Positions 40,200-50,880 of a stretch of 64,000 bases of DNA are shown in pieces. Positions within the stretch are counted from its first letter, which is position 1. Every line of letters starts with the position of its first letter. The notes under the pieces were generated by a model, which was not told where the DNA came from, ran no database searches, and saw only the letters and a list, made by a program, of their open reading frames with translations. The translations under genes were made by a program, and so were the position numbers. Source of the stretch: Sphagnum compactum (Eukaryota). The stretch spans positions 32,850,213 through 32,914,212 of the forward strand of contig OZ234493.1 of the NCBI GenBank assembly GCA_965153455.1, given 5' to 3'.

Positions 40200-42400
40200 T
40201 AAATTCAAATTATGAAACTCAGCGGAGGATTCAATCTGCAATATAAACCCATCACAAAAACGTCCCCATACATCTTAATATGTTCAAATCCCAAGTCAAT
40301 CAAGAAACCAAACTCTGAGATGGGGAACAAACACACAAATTTCTGGCAAGTGTGATAGATAGTCCATGTTTTGAACAGCAATAGTCCTGTTGCCTGCAAT
40401 GGCTATCCCATTTCTAGGCTATATAGTTGGTACCTGGAAGGAAGAGGGCATAGGTTAACTTATTGTCATGCAGCGATGCTCAGATTTTTTTCTGGAACTG
40501 TCTGACCCAGAGTCATGTTATTTGAGCTGATAGGTATCTTGATGAAGGTCTGTTTCAGCAAAAGTAGGTGACAACATACCTTGCATACCCCTTTCCATTA
40601 TAGAGCTAATCCATAATGAAGCTTTATATCTAGCAGATCTCATTTCCAGCATGTGGGAGTGTCTCAAATTTCAACGGGTCTTGTGCACCATGCTCTGGAA
40701 TCAATCTGAATCCCTGAATGACTGCAGTGCCGTTGCAAATCCAAATGCTTGGTGTACAGTAGAGTCACCTCTCATGGTTTACCATACCTGAGAGACACAA
40801 ACCACAATAGGGAAAAAGCTTCAAAGACACAGGCATGAAAGAAATAACATAAAGAACTAACTCACAAGTGCATCAAGGCATGTTTTTGCAGTTGACAGAG
40901 ATCTTCATAGAAAAGAAGTGCTTCTGCTATCAAACGGTTCATCATCAATCTTCACCAACACAGATAAATATAATTAAAAAATAAGGAAATGCACTGATAG
41001 GATGCCTAGGAGTTTTCGTGTTTTCATGATCTACAAGGACCACAGGAAACAATTTGAGATAATTATGGGTGAATTGGACCTTGAAGTTAATCAACACATT
41101 CTACTGAAGCACAGAAGATCACATACGTAGCCAAGATTGTAAACTCATGCTTAAACAAGAACTTCCTTTAGAATGTATTGGCTCTGGTTCACCAGAATTC
41201 TTGACAATTTATTGTCCATCCCTTCCTGAGAATCTATCTGGAAGGCTATGTCTTCACTGCATCCAAAAAGATCAGATGGGCTGACAGAGATGTTAAGATA
41301 GAGATAGGAATGCTGTTCAAAAGAGAGACTGCTGAAGACATTCAGATAGCACCTGAAGATCATGGTGGGGGTCACTGAAGCATTGTTCCATGAGTTGGTT
41401 GTCTTCACCACATCCGAAAGAGATCAGACAGGCTGGCAGAGATGTTCAGATAGAGAGACCAGTGAAGATATTCAGATAGCACATGAAGATCATGATGGGG
41501 TTCACTGAAGCATTTGTTCCACGGGTTGGTTGTCTCCACCACATCCAGAAAGATCAGATAGGCTGGCAGAGATGTTCAGACAGAGACAGGAAGACTGCTC
41601 AGAGAGAGAGGCCAGTGAAGACATTCAAATAGCACATGAAGATCACGATGGGGTTCACTGAAGCATTCGTTCCCAGGGTTGGTGGTTTTCACCACATCCA
41701 AAAAGATCGTATAGGCTGGTAGAGATGTTGAGAGAGAGATACAAATGCTGCTCACAAGAGAGAATGGTGAATATATTCAGATAGCACATGAAGATCATGA
41801 TGGGAGTTCACTGCAGCATTGGTTCCAGGGGCTGTTGGTCTACAACCATCAAACCACAAGCAGACACCACAAAAAACACCAAAGAAACCTGCAGTTTTCT
41901 TTTTGTCAGCATGGGCAGTCAGTATGCAAGGACTGTTACCTCAGGCATCAGATGTCAAGCAAGGAAGCACAGTCCTCAATCAAATGTTTGTGTGAGAGTG
42001 ATAAACACTGCTTCTCCTCTAGAACATATACTCCCTTGCCATCCAATACTCCCCTCCATCACCAACTTGAAATGACAACAGCAGCAGCACCAGATGAATC
42101 ATACACTTTCCTCTTCCATCTAGTAAATCCTTGCCACCACCAGATCGATACCTAATGCAGCATAGCACCATGGGATGGATTGCCGAGTATGGATAGGGGC
42201 TCCTGAAAGACCTGAACCAGCCAGACGAATCCAACCCCCAAACCCTAAATCCACAATCCCCCAACCCGTGAAGAAATTCCCAGTAAAACCCACAGTCGGG
42301 CGTTTGGGTGTCGGTAGATGCGCACATTCGAGGTCGCGCAATTCGCGGACGGATGTTGCACGGAACGCGCAAGGGACGTTTTCCTTCAAACGAGGAGGAA
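40200..42400 (-). ncRNA. Candidate spliced lncRNA divergent from the CNR6-like gene (exons ~42400-42152, 40787-40580, 40433-~40200)
   Basis: Canonical donors (AG|GTATCG, AAG|GTATGT) and pyrimidine-rich acceptors (TGTCTCTCAG, CTCTTCCTTCCAG); exon 2 has stops in all three frames. Confidence 0.4.
41260..41850 (+). repeat. Diverged tandem repeat, ~130-153-bp unit x4
   Basis: CATCC..AAGATC...ATTCAGATAGCACATGAAGATCATGATGGG..TCACTGAAGCATT recurs; units start near 41260, 41411, 41542 and 41695. Confidence 0.88.
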
Positions 42401-42671
42401 CAGCAACATGACTTGTAATTAGGGTTTCAAGGTTTGGACCCCGACGACTACCAGGCATTTGCAGTTCTCCGCTTCCTCGTCTTTTCTTTTCTGGTGGACA
42501 ATGCGGACATCTTCATCTTTGCTTTTGCTGTTTTCCCTGCATTTGTAGTATGTGGATGGGAAATGGTGCAACTCGGTTGTCGCGTCTTTGCTGAGCATTA
42601 GGGTTTAGAAGAGCGGGAGTGTGGGTGGTGGAGATTCCAGAAGAGTGCGGTGGTGGGTTCAAGATCTGGAA
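42235..42671. promoter_or_regulatory. GC-elevated, telo-box-containing promoter/5'UTR region, probably bidirectional
   Basis: Telo-box AAACCCTAA/TTAGGGTTT at ~42240, ~42419 and ~42598, and CTAGGGTTT at ~42834 in intron 1. Confidence 0.5.
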
Positions 42672-45600
42672 ATGGCTGCGCCGGAGGAAACTTCTGCGTC
42701 TCGGTATGTGAAGCTGGTGAAGGAGCAAGAGGCGCCCGTGGAGGACATCCGGCCGGGAGAGCTCAATCAGCCAGTACATGTGCCTCAGGTGGTTGTTGTT
42801 CTTGAGCTGTGTTTTTTTCCCCACATTCTAGATCTAGGGTTTTGCGGATCTGTTTGAAGATCTTGTGTGGGGTTTTGCCGTCTGTTACGGAGTTTGTTTT
42901 CTGGATGTGTAATCCGAAATGCTCTTGACCTGCTGCTGCACTTCTCTGTGTAACTCTCAGTCTTTTCTTACTCTATCTATGGATCCTCAGTTCTCTCTTG
43001 ATCTGCAGACTTGAAGAGACTTCAGACCAGAGGCAAGAAGAAACAGGTTCAATGTAATTATGATATAGTTTTATGTGATTTCTGTTGATCAAAAAAGAAT
43101 TTACAGTTGGTGGTTGGTGTGGTTGTTGGATAGCTGGTGGTGCACAAGTGTGCGGAATGTGGCCAGCCTCTACCCGACAGCTATGAACCACCTAGCAATG
43201 AACCTTGGACAACAGGGATTCTTGGATGTGGCGAAGACATGGATTCCTGTGAGCTTTCCTGCACCCTCTTCCATAAAACCCATCACCTCTCCATCTCTCT
43301 CATCAAATCTGAATCTTCTCTGAGTGCTGTCTCCTCGAACACACAGATCTATGTGCTGTACCAAGTGTCAGTAATCCATTCTAGCTAAAGTTATGTTGAC
43401 AATTTAAGTGCCCTGCTGATGAGTACATATGTGAATCATAGCAAGCTTGTCTCTTGAGTGCCAGCCAATGTCATGATTGAGTCTTTCTGTTGCTTCTGGA
43501 AATGCAATAAAAACTCTGGATGCAGTTTTTGTGTAATAGTTGCCCAGATTTTGGGCTGATTGGTGTATAGTTATCTACACCCACTGTTGGGAGCTGATGA
43601 AGTCAGTGTGTAGTCATGGCAGCTCATGACTGCTATTTGTGATGAAGAAGGTGACAGTTTGATACTTTGAAAGTGACTCTGATTGCATTTATTTTCATGT
43701 TTTCTTCTAATTTTTGTTTGTGGATATTTCTCTACAATTTCATAGATATGTGAATCGTACCGAGGCTTCAGAAGATGCATATCAAAGTAGATGAATTATC
43801 TTGAGTTGATGAAGTCACCCAAGAACACCAAGTACATCAATAGTACTTTTCTTTCCAAAGGGTTTCATCTTGTTTTTTATGTTTCAAACCTGGGAACCTC
43901 AGCCTTGAAAAAAAGATTCCAAAAACATGGAATCCAAATTTTTTTCCAAGTTTGCTTTTTCTTCTTTTGAGTATAGACTTTGAAGTCCTTGACTTTGACA
44001 AGTTAAAGATCCAACCTTTGCCCTTTCGCTATGATAGTCCCTTGCTTCCTTTCTCTTATGTTGATTGCACAGACCTTAAAAGATTCCAGCTCTCTTTTGT
44101 TATCACCTACATGGACAAATGTAGTAATAACTTTGTGTTTTTGTCAGAAGCATTGGGTTGTGTCAGTTTCAATGATATTATTTCTCTTGTAAAGTCTAGG
44201 TTGTCAGAATCTGCAGTTAAATTCTTCATAGTTCTTTCAACACTGTTATTAAGTTTAAGGCAAAGTGTGGACCTTGTCTTCCTTTTCTTTTTGCAGTTTG
44301 GATGTTTGACAAAGACAACAGTCTGATTCTTGTCCAATTTCCTTACAAGTTGTCCTTAGTACGAAGGTTTGTTGATGATCTCTTTGTTCCTGTTATCCTT
44401 GATTTTTCCAACTTCATGTATCTAGACAAACAGTCTATCAGTGGTGGCATATACCCAAAATCATTTTGTGAGCTTCATTGATGGATCTATTCTAATGTCT
44501 TCTCTTGCAAATTCTTGTATTTAGCAACATCCCAAGATTCCAAATTGACATTTTTGACAACTGTTCTCAGACAGAATATGCAGGTATCAACATGATTTGT
44601 ATGCCTCATTTGAATTCCAATATTTCAGATTCTGCAATATTTGGAGCAGTCAATAGTCAGTTCTCTAGTTTCTTAAGGCTTTTGTAGTCTAAAGCCTTAA
44701 GAAGTTCTTCGTAGCTCAAATGGTTAGTTTAAGAGTTCTTTGTAGGTCAAATTGCAAACTTAATTGACCTGTCTGCTGAACAAGAAGGGTTACTCTTCAA
44801 AGTTTTTTGCTGATCTGCCTTCTCTGTCCCTGATCCTTTTTTTGAGAAGGAATTCCTGGATCCATGCCGGCTTACTATGAAGAGCAGCTTGCAACTAACT
44901 TCAAAGTTTGTCTGGAACATTTAGATTTGAGACATCTGGTTTGTGCTGAAGACACTCCCACAAACCCACAAGATCTTTGGAGGGAGAGGGCATGGCAATT
45001 GATCTTGGGGCTGCAATTCTGCCAATTGTGAGAGTTGCACATGTCCCTTGCTTCTGAGAGTAGATCTACAAACACGGGCAGGAACTGAAGGGATCATTGC
45101 TTTGTGCACAGGTTGGAGAGGCTTCTTTTGCCCTTGTGTTTTATTTGGGCACAATGTTGAGAGGATGAAGGATGATGTGCAGTGGACTACACCATGTGTA
45201 TGCCATGCTATCTTTGTGGAGGGAGGCATTGCACTGGGATGTGTCACCTTGGCACTTCATGGCTTGAATCCAAAAGCAGTGTTTCTTATAGGGGAGGGCC
45301 TGGTGTTTGCATGGTGGATGTGTGGTATCTATACTGGCCTCTTTAGGCAGGAGCTCCAGCGAAAATACCACCTTCAGGTTATCATCTTCTCATTTTGCTA
45401 GATTTCAGCTAAACCCCTGTTTGTGTTAAGGATTACTCAGAGTAAGGATGCCCCTGGAAGATGACAGAAAAGTGCATGTGTGTGTGTGGCCTGCAGAACA
45501 AACCTTGTGACCCATGCATGGTACACTGCTGTTTGCACTGGTGTGCATTGTGTCAAGAGCACCGTGAAATGCAGGGCCGGCTCTCAGACAACTTAGTCAC

Positions 45601-45709
45601 ACCAATGACTGTCATCAATCCACCTGAGCCTCAAGAAATGGGCAGTCGTGATACTGCCACTGTGGAGCACAAGGAGCATGCAGAAATTCAGCTTTCAGAG
45701 ATTAATTAG
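42672..45709 (+). CDS. CNR6: PLAC8-family protein, Cell Number Regulator 6-like, 236 aa; exons 42672-42788, 43134-43248, 45112-45377, 45497-45709
   Basis: Four GT-AG-bounded exons join in frame (711 nt): [77 protein letters not shown], typical of the CNR6 subgroup. Confidence 0.93.
43471..44790 (+). mobile_element. Old, internally deleted Penelope-like element in CNR6 intron 2, copy B
   Basis: [16 protein letters not shown] (PLE 'DKG'-type motif), [12 protein letters not shown] and [34 protein letters not shown], all homologous to PLE motifs or to copies A/C; the structured tail module lies upstream at 43471-43690. Confidence 0.72.
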
Positions 45710-45863
45710 TCTTTGTGAATGGTCTTTGTTGTAGTGAAGAATTTTTAAGGTGCGTTGTGTGCCTGCCTGCTCCAGATCAAATGCATTCCTGGGCTGAGGT
45801 TGAATAGCTTTTGGAGGGCTATATTCTGGTCATGTCTTCACTTTCATTCATTTGAATTGACAA

Positions 45864-46706
45864 GGGCATTGGAATTTGACAAGCTGTGAAACAAAGTCCT
45901 CAAGGTATATCCTGTGATCTCTTTCACAGATGTTCTCAACCAGAGTATGCAGGTATTCAAATGATTTGCATGCCTCATGTTAAATCCAATATCTCAATTA
46001 CTGCTAAGTTGGGAGTTATCAATAGTCGATTTTACAGGTTTTTGAGGCTTCGTAGTTGTAAAGAGTTCTTCGTCTCTCAGATGGTCAGTCTTATTGTCCT
46101 TCTGAAAAATAAAGGCTACCCTCTAAAGATTCTGTTAAAGGGGACTAGAGGGTTGCTCAATAAGGAAAAATTCCTTTTTGGAATTTCAGAATTTGGAGTA
46201 TTCCAAATGATTCTGTATAAAGTCTTGTAAGTGGGGAGCTTCTTGTAAGCCCACTTGGTCTTTATTCTTCTCTGCTCTCCTTTTCTGTGTGTTTTGTCTA
46301 TCCTGTTGTGTTTTCTGTTTTTTGTTATCTCCTTGTGTTGTTGTTTGTTGCTATCCAGTAGCATGGCTGAGTCTTCCCTTTGCTTCCTGAATTGCAGCAG
46401 AAACTTGGTACACAAGTTAGCATTTTCACTGGCCTTTACCCACTGTAGGGAGTGATGAAGTCAGTGGGAAAGTTGTGATAGAGAAGTCACTATCATATAT
46501 GCTACTGTTGATGATCCTTAAACAGGTGTTAGACTGGCACTATTGTTCATACTGCTTTTGTGTTTTATGTCATTTTTTGTTTCTTGGTTCTTTGTTCTTT
46601 GTTTTGTCTTTCCTTCTTTGGAATTCTCTGTGGCTGGTTGAAGAAGTGTTAACCTTGCTTTGCCTTAATCATGAGAATCGAGATTTCTCGATTCTTATGA
46701 GAGATA
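45864..46706 (+). mobile_element. 5'-truncated Penelope-like element just downstream of the CNR6 stop, copy C
   Basis: RT-thumb ORF to 46230 is highly similar to copy A and has the same tail. Flanked by the direct repeat TTTGAATTGACAA (45851-45863 / 46707-46719). Confidence 0.85.
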
Positions 46707-48219
46707 TTTGAATTGACAACAGCAGCATACTCCCAGTACATCATCATGGGTACATGTGTGATCCTGTAATAGTGCCTTGATTCTGGTACAGTAAACCCTG
46801 CATGTGGGTATTTATGGTAGCTAAATCTGAAACCCTAATCCCTAAGTGGAACCTGCGATGCCATTGACAGAACATCAAGATGAAGGCTTGTTCCTACTCT
46901 TTGGGCATCAGTGCAGTAGTGCTTGGTTGCATGGGTTTTCATTCTGGACGGGCGTCCATCATAACATTCTCTGGCACCGTGCAGTGGTTTGGGTTGGTTC
47001 CCTGCCTTGCTGTTGACAAGACCCAGTTCTGAGGAAGACTATTTCCAAGCACAACTGGGTTGTGCAACACTGTTTTCACTACTTTGGGGGGGACACATTC
47101 AGGGTCCAGTGATGGGTGGAGTCAATGTAATGCAGTCAGGTTTGTTGATTTTCTCCTCTATGCCAACACAAAGAAAGTGCCTTGAGGACCACAGGGGATT
47201 TTAGACCAGTGGACTGTCTAGATTGTGTTCTTTCAGATCAGCTGGATGAAGTCTTTCAGTGCATCTTTTACTACCTGCAAAATCATCTAGAGCCTTGGTA
47301 ATCTACAACTACCAGGGATTCCAAACCACTCGTCATTCTTTTGCTTAATCCTCCACTTGTTGGCCAATTGTGGTCAGGAAATTATGGAGCAAATTCAATT
47401 TTTTTGATAGATGCAGAATGAGAATGATCTGAAGTTTTTTGACAAAAATAAAACTCAAGCTGCCCCTCATCATGTAATCCTTTATTTGCAGGAAAGGAAC
47501 ATCAAGAGGATGGTGGGTCAATGGGCAAACCCAGATGCTCATTTGTTGTTTCAATGTTGTACAATTACTGTCATTTATCTGTGCAAACTATTACAGGGTC
47601 AAACATCTGGTGAAATGTTGAAAGGAGGGTTGTCATGTCAAGCAGCTGCATGTCAAAAGAGGACAGAATATATGCAACACAATAAGAGAACTCATGGACA
47701 ATTTTTTTTGTCACAAGTCAAGTAGCAGATATGGATATGGTATGACCTCATAATGTGCACTCTAAACTCCCATACCATGATCTGCCAACTCTCCCTCCAC
47801 TTCAAATGAACCAAATTCAACTTGCAACAAACAATTACTGATAACAACACAGCTGTGAACTTTGCAACCTTCTTCATCCCAATGCCTTCATAATTGACTT
47901 TCAAATCAGCAACTGGCAGACACTGACACACTAACTGAAGCCTGGAAAACAAATTTGGAATTTCAATTGACCTAAACCAAGATCTTGACACAAAAGGCAC
48001 AAAGGCAAAAATGAGCACTAAAACTCAAAGAAAAGACTTGCAAGAAAAGAGTACAAACAAACCAATGAGTGGCATCTGGCTGGCTTGCAGCTCCTTGGAT
48101 ATCAAAGCTTAAATATTATTGCATTGTAGTTGAACATCAATTTTGTCCATGACCACCACCTGAAGCTTTCTTTGCTTGAATGTTGCAGGGGTGTTCATGA
48201 ACAAAGCAATCAGACATGA

Positions 48220-50880
48220 TTACAAATAGTCAAACAGCAGTGCCATTCCACTGGTGAAATCTGAGAGCGGGGACTGAGGCCTTGTGTCGAGCTCCACATT
48301 GGCAAAATCATCATCATCATCATCATTGTTCCGACAAGGAGTGCAGTCATCATGTTCACCTGCAAACCCAGCTGCCAGAAGATTTTCCCAATATTCAACT
48401 CCCATTGAGTCTTCCACATTGACTACTACCACTTGCGGCATTGCAACATTCACAGCAGACTTATTGGAAATCCATGAATCCTCTACTGCTGCTGGTGTAG
48501 TAATCTCTCGCATCCCGGAGTGGCATTCAAGCTCTGCAGCAGCTGGTGTAGTCTCTTCTGGCACCCTGGAGTGACATTCAAGCTCTGCAGCAGCTGGAGG
48601 TGTAATCTCTTGTGGTACTCTAGAGTGGCATTCAAGCTCTGCAGCAGCTGGAGTAATAATCTCTTGTGGTACCCTAGAGTGGCATTCGAGCTCTGCAGCA
48701 GCTGGAGTGATCTGTTCTGGTACCCTGGAGGAGTTGCCTTCAAGTTCTGCAGCAGGTGCAATACTCTCTGGAACCCCAGACTGGCATTCAAGCTCATGCA
48801 CTGTAGCAGATGGAGAAATGGGTTTTCTCACGACTTCTTGTTTCTTGGAAGGTTGCCAGTATTCTTTGGAGTGTTGTTGCTGATTAGCATGTGGCCCAGC
48901 AGCAGCAGCAGCAGAGCTGAATCTTTTCCTTGCAAGTGTGTTAGAAACAGCAATCTTCAGAGCATCCTCCATATTGTGTAGTGCTCTAGAAGACGGTACA
49001 GGGTAAGTGGTTGTGGTGGTGTCTAGTGCAGCAATTTCCAAGTAAGGTTTGTGTTCAGTGCTCATGAGCTCTATGAGTCCATTGATCTCCGAATACCGCT
49101 TGCGTTTCTGTGCTTGATTATTCTCTGCCTGAGGAGCTGCTTGGGCTTCATTCAGCGGCTTGTGGCTGGAGCCCTGGTTTTCGAAAGGAGATTGGGCAAC
49201 AAGTGATGCCGAGGAAGAAGATGGTGGAGATGATGTGGAAGCTGGATTGCTGCTATTTGCTGCTTTGTTTTGAACTGCAGAGGGTTTTGAGGTACCTTGA
49301 GCAGCACAAAGCTCGTCATGCCGGCTCCTATCATGACCAGCTAAGGGTTTCATCATCTGCAAAGTTCCAGCGACTACTGCATTGGGGTTTCTGTAGCTGC
49401 TGCCTGCTGCCGCTGCTGCACCCAGCCATTTGAGGGTTTCGTGTCGCTCAGAGCCGCGGCGCGCTTCTGCTGATGTGCCGGGGCTCCGAGACGAGGAAGA
49501 AGAGCTTCCTCCTCCTCGCTGCCTTGCTGCTGCTAGGGTTTGGACTTTTGGAGGTTGTTGGAGTGCCGGCGCTGCTGCTGCTGCTGCAGGGGTATCATCG
49601 TCATGGGCTCTTCTCAACCCTTGAACAGCTCCTGAAGGTTTTGCTCCAGTGCTCGGCAGCCATAGTACTTGGTTTGGTGGTGGAGATCCCATCGCTACCG
49701 CTTCCGGAAATGCGACTCTACTGTGGACGCTGGTGGTCGATGGAAAGTACTGGCGACTGCTGCTGCTGTGCAAGCTCTGGCCGGACGATTGTTGCATATT
49801 TCGAGCTTGGCCGTCTCCAACATCCGCGACTTCATCCTCAAAGAACCCACGGCCTTCAGCCTCGCCTGCTGCTTCTCTGAGCAACCTGAGCAAAACCCCA
49901 TCTTCTTCGCACTGCTGCTGCTGCTCCTCCTCATGAGGCCAAAGGAGACTCATGCCTGAAGGAGCGTCTTCAATGCTGTCTAGGAAGTTGTGGGCGAGGG
50001 AGGATGATGATTCCAGGCTCTTCTGTGCTCCAAGCTGCACCACCTTCATGGGCTCCTCCTGCATGATCGCATGTTGGAAGGCAGTAGTCATCCCTGCATC
50101 ATCAACAACATGAGCAGCAGGAGCAGCAGCAGTAGGAGCCTGTATCAACCCGGGATGCTGCTGCACCCGGGAATCACAAGTCAGAATCTCGCCATGATGA
50201 TGATCTCCACAGAGCTTGTCAAATCCTTGTGCACCACCACTGAAGAAGCTGCAACTGTTGTTGTTGATCACGGTAACACTAGCCGATTCCTGATCTGCTG
50301 CTGCATTAAGCTTGTCTTCATGAGCCTTGAGGAAGCTCAAGAAAGCATCATCGTGGCTTTGAGGACTGGTTGCAGCTACTAATGAGTCCACAGACCTCAT
50401 CAAGTAGTCTCCAGGAGATGATTCCCCTCCTGCAGCAAAATCATTCACAACAACAGCAACAGAAGATGATGCAGGGGGGGAATTATTATTGCAGCAAACT
50501 GGGGGTGAAGACGAGAAAGAAGTTGTTGATGTTGTTGTTGTTGTTGCTGCTGCTGCAGCTGCTACTGTTGTTTGTGGCAAATTGCTGCTTGCATATTTCC
50601 CTCTTGCAAGTGCTGCCAATGGATCTTGGTACACTAGAAAATCACTAGTGTTATTGTCCCGAGCTACTGCTCCTTGGTGGCGGTAGTAGTTCAGATATGA
50701 TTTTCTTGCAACTGATTGATCATGAGCTGCTGCTGCTGCCGCTGAAATTGCTGAAATCTCATCTCCAATGAGTTGTTGTCCTAAGCTTGTGAGCATGGCA
50801 GAATGGGTTCCTCCTGATCCCATAACATTACTTGGCAGCCATCTTCTACTACCCAGCGGGCTCAGAAAATAATTTGTCAT
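48220..50880 (-). CDS. Uncharacterised 886-aa low-complexity protein (A/S/Q-rich), single exon, with a C-terminal tandem repeat and basic NLS-like motifs
   Basis: 2661-nt uninterrupted ORF with elevated GC in AT-rich surroundings; KRKR and RKR motifs; acidic/aromatic tail; no domain recognised. Confidence 0.8.
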   Translation of the reverse strand: MTNYFLSPLGSRRWLPSNVMGSGGTHSAMLTSLGQQLIGDEISAISAAAAAAHDQSVARKSYLNYYRHQGAVARDNNTSDFLVYQDPLAALARGKYASSNLPQTTVAAAAAATTTTTSTTSFSSSPPVCCNNNSPPASSSVAVVVNDFAAGGESSPGDYLMRSVDSLVAATSPQSHDDAFLSFLKAHEDKLNAAADQESASVTVINNNSCSFFSGGAQGFDKLCGDHHHGEILTCDSRVQQHPGLIQAPTAAAPAAHVVDDAGMTTAFQHAIMQEEPMKVVQLGAQKSLESSSSLAHNFLDSIEDAPSGMSLLWPHEEEQQQQCEEDGVLLRLLREAAGEAEGRGFFEDEVADVGDGQARNMQQSSGQSLHSSSSRQYFPSTTSVHSRVAFPEAVAMGSPPPNQVLWLPSTGAKPSGAVQGLRRAHDDDTPAAAAAAPALQQPPKVQTLAAARQRGGGSSSSSSRSPGTSAEARRGSERHETLKWLGAAAAAGSSYRNPNAVVAGTLQMMKPLAGHDRSRHDELCAAQGTSKPSAVQNKAANSSNPASTSSPPSSSSASLVAQSPFENQGSSHKPLNEAQAAPQAENNQAQKRKRYSEINGLIELMSTEHKPYLEIAALDTTTTTYPVPSSRALHNMEDALKIAVSNTLARKRFSSAAAAAGPHANQQQHSKEYWQPSKKQEVVRKPISPSATVHELECQSGVPESIAPAAELEGNSSRVPEQITPAAAELECHSRVPQEIITPAAAELECHSRVPQEITPPAAAELECHSRVPEETTPAAAELECHSGMREITTPAAVEDSWISNKSAVNVAMPQVVVVNVEDSMGVEYWENLLAAGFAGEHDDCTPCRNNDDDDDDFANVELDTRPQSPLSDFTSGMALLFDYL
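48483..48800 (-). repeat. Coding tandem repeat, 51-54-nt unit x~6 (TPAAAELECHSRVPxEI)
   Basis: GAGTG(G/A)CATTC(A/G)AGCTCTGCAGCAGCTGG recurs at ~48518, 48569, 48623 and 48677, with diverged flanking units; all length differences are multiples of 3. Confidence 0.92.

Noticed and set aside
41260-41850. Tandem C/D snoRNA cluster
   Set aside because: The C-box-like GTGGTGA is imperfect and not conserved across units.
43410-43470. Minimal hammerhead ribozyme at CTGATGAGTACATATGTGAAT...GTC
   Set aside because: GAAA is not intact, stem I cannot be paired, and the segment is not seen in copies A or C.
46350-46460. TPP riboswitch or pistol ribozyme (GCTGAG, GTAGGGAG, TAGGG/CCCTA)
   Set aside because: Only short motif resemblances; the TPP AACCTGA...TAAT elements and the pistol spacing and core residues are missing.
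48284-50686. Many overlapping plus-strand ORFs
   Set aside because: They are antisense shadows of the GC-rich, low-complexity 886-aa ORF.
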